Source: an uncultured Chloroflexota bacterium (lineage in GTDB: Bacteria; Chloroflexota; UBA11872). From it: a stretch of DNA of 64,000 nucleotides. The DNA is taken from the NCBI GenBank assembly GCA_964422795.1, contig CAYRCL010000002.1, forward strand, positions 50,234 through 114,233, given 5' to 3'. Each line of letters starts with the position of its first letter. Positions within the stretch are counted from its first letter, which is position 1. The position numbers and the translations under genes were made by a program. The notes below the pieces were generated by a model. That model was not told the origin of the DNA and searched no databases. It saw only the letters and a program-made list of their open reading frames with translations. Shown here piece by piece: positions 55,561 to 64,000 of this stretch.

Positions 55561-57114
55561 CTAGCTGGACAGACCGCTTGCCCAATCCTTGTACTTGACC
55601 CACTGATCATGCTGTGAATCAAGAATTCGGTCGGAGGCAGCCGTGAGGGCTTTACGACCTTCTTCAGGAGTGACTTCGCCGAGGAACGACTTGTCAGTCC
55701 CCTTGCGCCATCCATCAAACCATTCCCACCAGCTCGGGTGTGCCGATTGCCAGTGTGAGTGGTCGTCCTTGGTCGTAAGGATTGTGGCGAGATGGCTGTG
55801 ACCCTGTGGTGGTGCTGCATCCATGGTCGGGCTGTTCAGCACGTCCTTGTGGACCGGGATAAATCCGCGGTCGATAGCAGCTCGATCTTGCACCACGGGA
55901 CCGGCGAAGAACACGAGCATGTCGACGGCTTGCTCGACGGTTCCGTTTCCTTCGGCCGCGTTGGTTATCAGGTGCGGCTGTTCCGATGTATGGATCGGAG
56001 ATTCGCCACGCGGTCCTTCTGGCTGGAGACCAAAGCCCCAGTCAAATCGACCGGCGATACGGACGACATAGTTCCCGGCGCTTCCGCCATTCGCTACGGC
56101 GACCTTTCCAGCTGAGAACGGGTCACGGAACTCGCCCGAGAGCATCTTGGAGTCCTCAAGCTTGTTCGAGATCTTGTCCTTCCAAATGGCGTTTACGACG
56201 AAGTCATGGCCTTTGTGGCCCCCATCGTCGAAAATCGTCATCTTGGTCGCGTCGGCGTTGTAGTACGTGTTGGTCCCGGTGGTCGAGAGGGCACGCATCC
56301 ACCCAGCCCAGAATGCCCACATTGCGCTCGATGACCGGAACCCATACTGGCCCTTGTCAGCGTCGGTCAACTTCTTCATCGCGTCGAGGAAGTCCGTCTC
56401 AATCCCCCACTTGCCTGCTGTTGGCTGGGGTACGCCGGCTTCTTCAAACAGCGTGAAGTTGTAGTACATCCCATTCAGGCCGGCCTGGTAGGGCATGCCG
56501 AACTGTGGACCCGCAAGACCCTCGTTGAAAGGCATCGGGCTCGTGTTCTGGAAGTTGATCGTGCACTGGTCGGGCCACATGCAGTGGTTCTTGGCGTCGT
56601 AACCCTCGGCCTTCCTCAAGGTGTCGTTGATCTGAACGAACGCACCTTTATCGGCCCATTGGTGGAAGAATCCACCGTCTAGCAGGGCGAGCTCGGCCTG
56701 TGTCCCACCAGCGAGCTGGATGCCGAATGAGTCCTGGAACATATTGTTCTGGGGCTCAAACTTTACAGCGATGTCTGGACGGGCTTCGGCAAACTTCTCA
56801 AGCGACCAGCTCATGTGTTTTCCGCGCAGACCGGATGTGTGGTCGTGAGCGAAACGAATGACTGCGGTGACTCGCGTTGGGGCAGACTGCTGGATAACAG
56901 CTACTTCTTTCTCAACAATCTTTTCAACGATTTTCTCGACCGGTACTTCCTTCTCAACGATTTTCTCGACCGGTACTTCTTTCTCAACAACCTTTTCAAC
57001 CGTTACGACTTTTGTCTCGCCGCAGGCAGCTAAGGACGCTGCGCCAGCAACACTAAGCCCCAAGGCGCTTCCTGCTTTGAGCATTCGGCGACGGCTCATT
57101 GTCTTCGTAGTCAT
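55561..57114 (-). CDS. ABC transporter extracellular solute-binding lipoprotein (family 1, carbohydrate-type) with repetitive linker
   Basis: 517 aa. Tat-like signal SRRRMLK plus lipobox LAAC. A (V/I)EK(V/I)VEKEVP repeat linker, then an SBP fold. Confidence 0.8.
   Translation of the reverse strand: MTTKTMSRRRMLKAGSALGLSVAGAASLAACGETKVVTVEKVVEKEVPVEKIVEKEVPVEKIVEKIVEKEVAVIQQSAPTRVTAVIRFAHDHTSGLRGKHMSWSLEKFAEARPDIAVKFEPQNNMFQDSFGIQLAGGTQAELALLDGGFFHQWADKGAFVQINDTLRKAEGYDAKNHCMWPDQCTINFQNTSPMPFNEGLAGPQFGMPYQAGLNGMYYNFTLFEEAGVPQPTAGKWGIETDFLDAMKKLTDADKGQYGFRSSSAMWAFWAGWMRALSTTGTNTYYNADATKMTIFDDGGHKGHDFVVNAIWKDKISNKLEDSKMLSGEFRDPFSAGKVAVANGGSAGNYVVRIAGRFDWGFGLQPEGPRGESPIHTSEQPHLITNAAEGNGTVEQAVDMLVFFAGPVVQDRAAIDRGFIPVHKDVLNSPTMDAAPPQGHSHLATILTTKDDHSHWQSAHPSWWEWFDGWRKGTDKSFLGEVTPEEGRKALTAASDRILDSQHDQWVKYKDWASGLSS
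56880..57000. repeat. Approx. 36-nt tandem repeat (about 3 copies) within the SBP gene
   Basis: The DNA shows repeated units ttctcgaccggtacttc(c/t)ttctcaac(g/a)att. They encode the VEKxVEKEVP linker repeats. Confidence 0.6.
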
Positions 57115-57585
57115 CAGCTAACACCCCCCCCGGGAAATCTGGTGATCGAAACGCAATTTGCAATGACATAGGTTAGGTGCATATGTCCAGTCCATGCCAT
57201 GGAGGCCTTCTCTTAGAGCGCAAATCGCCACTGAATCGATCGAATCTGTGGGGTCACGCTACGAATCTCTCTTAGCCGTGTCAATAGCTTCGGGTTTGTA
57301 AGTGGGTACGACGCAATTCGCATCGTCAACGCAAATCAGTTCGGATGGGTCCAATCGAACGTGTCTCGAACGCTGAACGACATCGGATGACGCGATCTTA
57401 GTGGGCGATAGTCATCGCAGGAGTTGGATTTGGGAACTCGTTTACGGTGGCGTTCGTATCGAGTGGGCCGCGCTGACGGAAGATCATCACAGGACCATGT
57501 CCGTTGCCGACTCAGTCCGGATGGCACGAATCGGGGATCGGTTACGATTCTCTTCGAAAGTACGCACGGTGTACGGGGTTCAGCT

Positions 57586-59091
57586 ATGGCTGACAAGCGA
57601 CCGAACGTCATGATTGTGCTCACGGATCAACTCGCGCGTGATTTTGTGGGTTGCTACGGGGGTGAGCCTGCACATACGCCACGTCTAGATGCCTTGGCTA
57701 GACAGGGTGTGCGCTTGAACCAAGCGTATGTTCCCCTGCCGCAATGTTCGCCTGCTCGTGCTTCTATGTTTACCGGGCGATATCCCCATGAGCACCAGCT
57801 CTATATGAACGGGTATCCGGATCAGGCATGGGAAATTGATGGCGGTTGGATTCGCAACCGTCCGGTGCTGCCTGAAACAGTTCCTTCGCTCGGCCAGGCT
57901 TTTAACCGGGCGGGCTACCGGATGGGCTACACGGGACCCTGGCATATGGGTCGGGATGAGACACCACAACATGGATGGACTGATTCATGGCGGACCTATC
58001 GATACTGGGCAAGCGGCCTCGATGTCTATGAGCAACGTCTTGAGACGTGTGGATTCCTTGACATGTTCCATCAGGAACATCGAGCGGTTTCAATGGCGGA
58101 TGCGGCTTCCACTGATCACCGCCAACCATCCATGGCCACGCAAATTCCGGGCGAACATACGCGAACGGCTTGGGCTGTTGATGAGGCTCTCACCTTTCTA
58201 GATGCCGCAGACGGACGTCCCTGGATGTTTTGTTGCTCGATTAAGGATCCTCACCCACCGGTCTTGCCACCCTCTGACACGGCTGACTTGGTTTCTCCGG
58301 ATGCGGTGGGGTTGCCTGCATCATTCTCCGACGATCTCGAGGGGAAGCCTGCGCTCATTCGCGAGACGTTTGCGTGGAAGTGGTCCTCTTACATGTCGAA
58401 CCACCAGTGGCGGCAATATATCGCGCACTATCACGGATTGATTGCGCATATCGATGCGGAGGTTGGGCGCCTGATTGATGGTCTTGAGGCCCGCGGTCTT
58501 CGAGACGACACCATCTTGATTTTTCTCTCCGATCACGGCGAGATGATGGGGGCTCACCACATGGCGCATAAGGGTCCGTTCATGTATGACGAGGTCTATG
58601 CAATTCCGTTTATCGCGCATTGGCCCGGGCGAGTTGAAGGCGGGATGGCGCACGATGACTTTTTCTCCACGGTTGACTTTGTGGCTACGATCGGTGGCTT
58701 GACAGGGGTCGGGGTCGATGATGGATCGGGATATGACCAGAGTCCAACGCTGCTCCGGGGTGATCGAGGTCTGCGCAGTGCTGTGTTTAGTGAGTTCTAT
58801 GGACAAAACGCGGATCAGCCCAAACCGCCAGCGTCGGATCACATTGCTCGATGCCGAATCAAGAGCGTGCGCACTGTTGACTGGAAAATGAACGTCTACC
58901 AGGACGATCGATCGGAGCTCTATGACCTGCGTGCTGACCCCGCAGAGATGAGGAACCTGATCGATGAACCGGTACATGCCGATATCCGCCGCGAACTCGG
59001 TGATCGGATCATGGAGTGGTTGCGAGCAACAGGTGATCCGATGGCTGATATGACGGAACGGCGTATCGGCGAACTCGTTTCAGGCATCTAG
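57586..59091 (+). CDS. Cys-type sulfatase (arylsulfatase family), needs formylglycine maturation
   Basis: Sulfatase signature CSPARASMFTG, N-terminal metal-binding LTDQ, conserved LSDHGEMMG. Start set at MADKRPNVMIVLTDQ; the longest ORF starts at 57424. Confidence 0.85.
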   Translation: MADKRPNVMIVLTDQLARDFVGCYGGEPAHTPRLDALARQGVRLNQAYVPLPQCSPARASMFTGRYPHEHQLYMNGYPDQAWEIDGGWIRNRPVLPETVPSLGQAFNRAGYRMGYTGPWHMGRDETPQHGWTDSWRTYRYWASGLDVYEQRLETCGFLDMFHQEHRAVSMADAASTDHRQPSMATQIPGEHTRTAWAVDEALTFLDAADGRPWMFCCSIKDPHPPVLPPSDTADLVSPDAVGLPASFSDDLEGKPALIRETFAWKWSSYMSNHQWRQYIAHYHGLIAHIDAEVGRLIDGLEARGLRDDTILIFLSDHGEMMGAHHMAHKGPFMYDEVYAIPFIAHWPGRVEGGMAHDDFFSTVDFVATIGGLTGVGVDDGSGYDQSPTLLRGDRGLRSAVFSEFYGQNADQPKPPASDHIARCRIKSVRTVDWKMNVYQDDRSELYDLRADPAEMRNLIDEPVHADIRRELGDRIMEWLRATGDPMADMTERRIGELVSGI

Positions 59092-59141
59092 GGGCTAGCG
59101 CGCGGGCTCGCCGTCCTGGCGTGAGTGGATCCACCCACGCT

Positions 59142-60845
59142 CTACCCGATGTCGATGGCGGCTATCTCTGTTAACTGCATGAGTGTGGTTGTGACCAGAT
59201 TCTGTAACTCGGGTTCGATGGTTGTAGCAGCATATCGGTGGCGTAATCGTGCAGCGATATCGAGCCCCGTACGCCGGCCGTCGATTTCCTCGAGCACGGG
59301 CATGGCCATGATCGACAGTTCCCTATGCTGGGGTCCAGCATTTGGGTGAATTCGGGTGACGCGAGTGATGGGTCGCAACGTCGCGCCGTATTCCGTCAGA
59401 TGCGCTCGAAAACTGATTGATGAACGGAGGCGCGGTCGACCGTCGAGCATCGCCGTGGCGGACAGTGATTGTGATGGTTGTGTTGTGGCAGCGAAACGGC
59501 TCTCGGACTCAGCGACATCGGCCTTGGCGGCCTCATCCAAATCCACATTCAGATTCTCGTAGATCAATTCGAGCTGTCGCGGGCTATAGCCACCGGCACT
59601 CCTGAGTTGTCCGCTGTCGTCGCGCGTTTCCGTGATGCCGGACGAAAGGTGAACAAACGCTTGGCGAATTGAAAAACTTCGTGATGGATCGGCAAGCTGC
59701 TTCGCGCGCCAGAACCACGCTTCCGCGTCCGCATTTCCACCGTACCAGTGGGTTGCCAGATCGGCGAAGTCGGTGGCGATGCCGCGGTACTCGGTGTCAT
59801 ACCAGTCACGGGTTAACTCCTGGAGCCACGGCGACTCACGAACCGTTCGAATCGCGCGCGCGGAGCGTACGGCGCCGTTTACGGCCAACGTGACGCCTGT
59901 CGAGAGAATGGGATCGATAAAGCAAGCGGCATCGCCAACTAGAAAGTAGCCTGGGCCAGCAAAATTCGAGCAGAAGAATGACCAATCACTGAGTGTTGTT
60001 ACCGAATCGCTAATCCACTCAGCGTCACCGAGCAGCGCCGACATTTCCGGACATGCCCGGACTTGTTTTAGGTAATAGGCCGTGCGGTCGGCGGCGTTGA
60101 GTTCGGCAACAGCGGACGGTTCTGTTACGAGGCCTACACTCCGCATTGTATGGGCGATGGGAATGTGCCAGATCCAGCCATCTGGAACGGTTACGATCAG
60201 GATGTTGCCAGCATCGTTCGCATCCTTCGATTCGATGATGTCGGGGAGTTGATGCCCGCCGCTCCAATGCCCGTACAGCGCAACATGTCGGAGTTCTTCG
60301 TTGAATTGACGGGTCCGGAAGTGGCGCCCGAACAAGGCATTCTGGCCCGTAGCGTCGATTGTGAGATCGGCGGCCATCTCGAATTCGGGACCGCTCTCGT
60401 TGCGAACCCTCGCCCCGTATACGTGGTCTGAAGACCCCAGCGGTCCAAGAGCTGTGGTGTTTTCGTAGACGTCAGCCCCTTCACTCGCTGCGTGATCAAG
60501 CAAGATCTTGTCGAATTTAGCGCGATCGACTTGGTATGCGAACGCTTGGTCGGGGTAGACCTCGCTGAACTTAACGGTCCACGGTTCGCGTGTACGGCCC
60601 CAGATGTAGGTGGCGCCATACTTCTGTGTGAACCCGGCGGATTCCACCGCTGCGAGCGCACCGCTGGAGGCAAGTGCTGGCAGTACGCCCGGGATCAGCG
60701 ACTCACCGACGTGTGGTCGTGGCATCTGTTCACGTTCGACGATTGCGACATTGAGACCGTCCTTCGCAAGTAGTGCGCCGAGCGTGGATCCGGCTGGTCC
60801 GCCACCAAGAATTAGGATGTCGTACTGTGAATGGACAGCCGTCAT
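59142..60845 (-). CDS. FAD-dependent enzyme of the flavin-dependent (tryptophan-type) halogenase family
   Basis: 567 aa. GGGPAGS dinucleotide motif, WxWxIP motif (GWIWHIPI) diagnostic for flavin-dependent halogenases, and a candidate active-site Lys in TQKYGATYIWG. Confidence 0.55.
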   Translation of the reverse strand: MTAVHSQYDILILGGGPAGSTLGALLAKDGLNVAIVEREQMPRPHVGESLIPGVLPALASSGALAAVESAGFTQKYGATYIWGRTREPWTVKFSEVYPDQAFAYQVDRAKFDKILLDHAASEGADVYENTTALGPLGSSDHVYGARVRNESGPEFEMAADLTIDATGQNALFGRHFRTRQFNEELRHVALYGHWSGGHQLPDIIESKDANDAGNILIVTVPDGWIWHIPIAHTMRSVGLVTEPSAVAELNAADRTAYYLKQVRACPEMSALLGDAEWISDSVTTLSDWSFFCSNFAGPGYFLVGDAACFIDPILSTGVTLAVNGAVRSARAIRTVRESPWLQELTRDWYDTEYRGIATDFADLATHWYGGNADAEAWFWRAKQLADPSRSFSIRQAFVHLSSGITETRDDSGQLRSAGGYSPRQLELIYENLNVDLDEAAKADVAESESRFAATTQPSQSLSATAMLDGRPRLRSSISFRAHLTEYGATLRPITRVTRIHPNAGPQHRELSIMAMPVLEEIDGRRTGLDIAARLRHRYAATTIEPELQNLVTTTLMQLTEIAAIDIG

Positions 60846-61747
60846 TGACTGCTCCTGTTGTGTCGGACGCGATGTGCTTCGGAGGACAGTCCGGCTTTGT
60901 CGAGAAGTGCAGCTGCCTGCTCAGTAGCTTGTGCCGCCCCGGAGGTCTCAGTGATGGCTAGTGCGTGTGCACGGGCGAGCATTGCCCGCGCGACGATATA
61001 TGGCGTCGCCGTTGCGTCAACGACGGCTAGGGCTTCGTCGGCGAGTCGTAGGGCAGCTGGCGCGAACTCATGAGGATCCATTTCGGGGTGGTTGAGTAAG
61101 AGTCCGCTCAATAGGAGCTGGCAGCGGGCGAAGGCGACCGGATCAACACTTGGTGTGAGGGAGCTTGCCGCCTGTTGGGCAAACGTAACCGCGCGTTCGA
61201 CGATGGGCCCGCGCTCGTCCGCAGCATAGGTGCTGAACACCTCAGCTATTTCCAGATAGGTTCGCGCGATTGCAATCGGATCGTTGTTTTGCTGTCGGGT
61301 TTCGGCGGCTGCCAGGAGATCAGCGGCCGCCTTTTCGAGTGTTGCTGTTCCTGCTACCCCAGATGGAGCTAGAACGCGTTGGGCGGTTCCACGTGCTTCA
61401 AACAACAAGGTGCTGCTTGCCTCGTTATCCGAGTGTGACATCGTGGTCAGAAGCCAGTTGGCGGCGTCGACCGCATTGTGTGCGTCTTCATGATTAACTG
61501 GATGCCCGCCCATAACAAGGCACCGAACAACCAGAGCGAGGGATTGGGCAGCGCGAGTTCCTGCTTCGACCATAACGGTGTTAGCTAGGACGGCCCACGC
61601 ACGTCGCGCGTGCGGCAATACGCGCATCGCGCTTGCGGGATTGATCTGGCCGTCGGCCAGATCAACATCGCCAATATCAGCGAGAGCGTCGAGGGCGAAG
61701 GCTAACGGATCTTTGTGAATCTTGTTCTTCGGAGAATCCAGGACCAT
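60842..61747 (-). CDS. Hypothetical Ala-rich all-alpha protein, co-operonic with halogenase-family gene
   Basis: 301 aa. Its stop overlaps the halogenase start (4-nt overlap). No motif recognised. Confidence 0.4.
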   Translation of the reverse strand: MVLDSPKNKIHKDPLAFALDALADIGDVDLADGQINPASAMRVLPHARRAWAVLANTVMVEAGTRAAQSLALVVRCLVMGGHPVNHEDAHNAVDAANWLLTTMSHSDNEASSTLLFEARGTAQRVLAPSGVAGTATLEKAAADLLAAAETRQQNNDPIAIARTYLEIAEVFSTYAADERGPIVERAVTFAQQAASSLTPSVDPVAFARCQLLLSGLLLNHPEMDPHEFAPAALRLADEALAVVDATATPYIVARAMLARAHALAITETSGAAQATEQAAALLDKAGLSSEAHRVRHNRSSQ

Positions 61748-61994
61748 TACTTCACGGTCGTGTACGGCGCGTTACAACGCAGCGTTGGTATGGGATGGTC
61801 AGTCTAGCGTCTGTGGATCCAATCATGACCTGTGCGGCGGGGTGTCCACCAATCAGAGCTACAGTCATTGAGTTATGGACCGAAACGAGCGGTTCGATAC
61901 GGGGTGGGGAGGATATGGGGTGTCGGCATGTGTTCAGGTGGAACCGAGTCGGTGATAGGCTATGGATCCCGAGCGTCGGTAGGGTGAAATCTCA

Positions 61995-63503
61995 ATGACG
62001 CCAACGCGTCCGAATGTCTTGATCATCTTGTGTGATCAACTGGCGGCTGGCTATCTTGGAGCATACGGAAATCGCGTTGCGCAGACGCCGCATATTGACC
62101 AGATGGCGGCTGACGGGCTCACGCTGACCCGAGCCTATGTGCCGCTGCCGCAATGTTCACCGGCGCGCGCGTCCATGTTCACGGGGTTGTACCCGCATCA
62201 ACATCACCTGATCTGTGTTCCACGCCTGGGTCAAGACGAACGGTTTGGCACGGTGCGTCAGCGGGCTGTACTTCCTGAGTCCGTGCCGTCGCTGGGCCAG
62301 GCATTTCGCGATGGTGGCTATCGGATGGGGTACACGGGTCCGTGGCATATGGGTGACGACGAAATCCCACATCATGGATGGGAGGAGCACTGGCGGACCT
62401 ATCGGTACTGGAAGAACGGACGCGATTTCTACATCCAACATCTTGAGGACCACGGACTGGCCGAACGCTTTGAGCGCGAGCATAAGGAGTTCAGCTTTGC
62501 GGAAGGTATAAGAACCGGTGTCGTGCCGTCGGGTCCATCCGCCATCCCGGTCGAGCACGCTCGTACGACATGGTCAGTCGATGAGACCATTGCATTCATT
62601 GATAGTAGTGATTCGCGTCCCTGGGCCTTCACGCTTTCGATCAAGGATCCCCACCCGCCTGTGATTGCGCCGGGCGACTTCGCGGACCGGATTGATCCGG
62701 CAGAGGTGGAGTTGCCCCCAACACTAGATGAGGACTTCGTTGGGAAGTCAGACGCGTACGAGCGCAGTGTCACTCACCGCTGGGTACGTAATATGACAAG
62801 GGCCGACTGGCGTCGATTGATCGCTCACTACCACGGACTCAATGCACACATTGACACCGAGGTTGGACGGGTGCTCGCGCACCTTGATGCGACCGGGCAA
62901 CGCGACAACACGCTGATTGTGTTCCTCTCGGACCACGGCGAGATGATGGGGTCGCACCGAATGGCGGGGAAGGGTCCTGCGATGTTTGAGGAGTCGCTTG
63001 GAATTCCGGTTATCGTGCGCTGGCCGGACGCAATTCCGGCGGGTCGACGGAGCGATGCGCTCTTTAACACGGTGGATCTGGTCGCCACGCTGGGGGCCTT
63101 GTGCGGGGTTGCCGTTCATCCGGGTTCTGGTCTCGATCAAAGCGCGATGTTTCTTGGTCAAGGGGAAGGTCCGCGTCGAACAGTCTTTGCTGAGTTCTAT
63201 GTCGAAGCTGGCCTGCGTGACGATCTGATGTTCGTCAAGACCGCGGTTACGGATCGGTGGAAGCTCAATCTTTGGCTTTACGACAGGCCCGAACTCTATG
63301 ACCTGTATACGGATCCGCATGAGACACGCAACCTGATCGATGATTCTGCACACGCGGATGTTCGGGATGCGCTGGTGGGGGAGATTGTTGATTGGGTCCG
63401 CGAGACGGGCGATCCGCTGTTGCCCACGGTTGAATGGACAGCCGGACGGGTCCACTCGACGTGGGACGTGGCAACGCAGACATGGACAGGGCGCCCGGTT
63501 TGA
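61995..63503 (+). CDS. Cys-type sulfatase, paralog of 57586..59091
   Basis: 502 aa. Same CSPARASMFTG signature and many blocks shared with the first sulfatase (MGYTGPWHMG, IKDPHPPV, LSDHGEMMG, LYDLYTDPHE). Confidence 0.85.
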   Translation: MTPTRPNVLIILCDQLAAGYLGAYGNRVAQTPHIDQMAADGLTLTRAYVPLPQCSPARASMFTGLYPHQHHLICVPRLGQDERFGTVRQRAVLPESVPSLGQAFRDGGYRMGYTGPWHMGDDEIPHHGWEEHWRTYRYWKNGRDFYIQHLEDHGLAERFEREHKEFSFAEGIRTGVVPSGPSAIPVEHARTTWSVDETIAFIDSSDSRPWAFTLSIKDPHPPVIAPGDFADRIDPAEVELPPTLDEDFVGKSDAYERSVTHRWVRNMTRADWRRLIAHYHGLNAHIDTEVGRVLAHLDATGQRDNTLIVFLSDHGEMMGSHRMAGKGPAMFEESLGIPVIVRWPDAIPAGRRSDALFNTVDLVATLGALCGVAVHPGSGLDQSAMFLGQGEGPRRTVFAEFYVEAGLRDDLMFVKTAVTDRWKLNLWLYDRPELYDLYTDPHETRNLIDDSAHADVRDALVGEIVDWVRETGDPLLPTVEWTAGRVHSTWDVATQTWTGRPV

Positions 63504-63546
63504 TGGGCTCATCCAGTGAGCGGTGGTAGCCACGTTGTCTCACCAC

Positions 63547-63750
63547 TCATCGCCCTGAGATCAGGAGTACACGGCCTTTCCGACGGACCGCTCCAATCAA
63601 GCGATCTTCCATGCCAGGCACGCCTGCAAAATCGATAACAATGTCGTAGGTGCCGCGATTGATGTGTTGGTCCCATCCGCCAGCAGAAACGTTCACAACC
63701 GCTTCCGCTGCACCAATCGAGCGCACGAGTTCAGTGTTGCTGGACCCCAT
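63547..63750 (-). pseudogene. Possible remnant of an MDR/Zn-dehydrogenase (Rossmann fragment)
   Basis: 67-aa ORF (YDIVIDFAGVPG...GRVLLISG) resembles an internal cofactor-domain fragment of an MDR dehydrogenase. It is bounded by stops on both sides. Confidence 0.2.
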
Positions 63751-63814
63751 CCACCCATAATTGAATTGATCGGACGGCGTTCACGGCAGTAGGGAGATCC
63801 GTGCCTCTTGGCCT

Positions 63815-64000
63815 TATCCCTTGATCCCGGTCAACGCGATTCCGCGAATGAACTGCTTTTGCGCGAAGAAGAACGCAATGAGGATTGGTGCGAGGGCAAT
63901 GAGCGCGATCCCCATTTGCAGATGAAGCATCGGTGTGTCCCCCACGCCCGCCTGGAAAAACCGCATGCCCACGCCCAGCGTCATTCGATCTGGCGAGTTG
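63815..64000 (-). CDS. Carbohydrate ABC transporter permease, C-terminal part (gene continues beyond window end)
   Basis: The minus-strand translation ends ...LIALAPILIAFFFAQKQFIRGIALTGIKG*, the typical C-terminus of MalG/UgpE-type permeases. The stop codon TAA is at 63815-63817 (reverse complement). Confidence 0.65.

Noticed and set aside
57115-57585. Long (about 470 bp) divergent intergenic region between SBP and sulfatase containing ORFs 57336..57623(-) and 57401..57613(+). Considered a hidden regulator gene.
   Set aside because: Both ORFs are short and Arg/Ser-rich with no DNA-binding motif, and overlap each other antisense. More likely untranslated promoter/leader DNA.
1-64000. Scan for CRISPR arrays, IS elements, integrases, phage genes and toxin-antitoxin pairs.
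   Set aside because: No direct-repeat/spacer architecture and no transposase/integrase/recombinase-like ORFs. The window appears to be stable chromosomal backbone plus metabolic/accessory genes.

Overview
The window is a high-GC (roughly 58-60% by eye) bacterial chromosomal segment, densely coding on both strands. I see no transposases, integrases, CRISPR arrays or rRNA genes.

The 5' half is mostly housekeeping:
- the carB 3' end followed by pyrK
- a two-subunit GMC oxidoreductase
- the CCA-adding enzyme
- a five-gene MoxR / DUF58 / vWA (Bat-like) operon
- a long minus-strand string running dtd, hisD, hisB, tlyA, nadK, recN
- aspartase and a MidA-family methyltransferase

The middle is an oxidoreductase-rich block with no transcription factor in sight:
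- SDR, Zn-ADH, aldo/keto reductase and three Gfo/Idh/MocA genes
- a TPP enzyme, a C45 peptidase and an M19 dipeptidase
- an MFS transporter

It is followed by a partial heptose-activation cluster (gmhA, an HddA-like kinase, a long SDR epimerase) next to hisI and a lone DUF362 gene.

The 3' third is cell-envelope and carbohydrate related:
- an M23 peptidase and an MMPL transporter
- two very large polytopic membrane proteins (possible GT-C glycosyltransferases)
- a PmoA/DUF6807-like protein, a 7-bladed Asp-box propeller and a Gfo/Idh/MocA gene
- a sugar ABC transporter binding lipoprotein and permease
- between the binding-protein and permease genes, a cassette of two paralogous Cys-type sulfatases flanking a flavin-dependent-halogenase-family gene and an unknown protein

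The most notable feature absent from the ORF track is a well-formed tRNA-Sec (selC, anticodon UCA) at about 25605-25702, with no sel genes nearby.

All calls come from reading the translated ORFs and the DNA by eye. No database search was possible.
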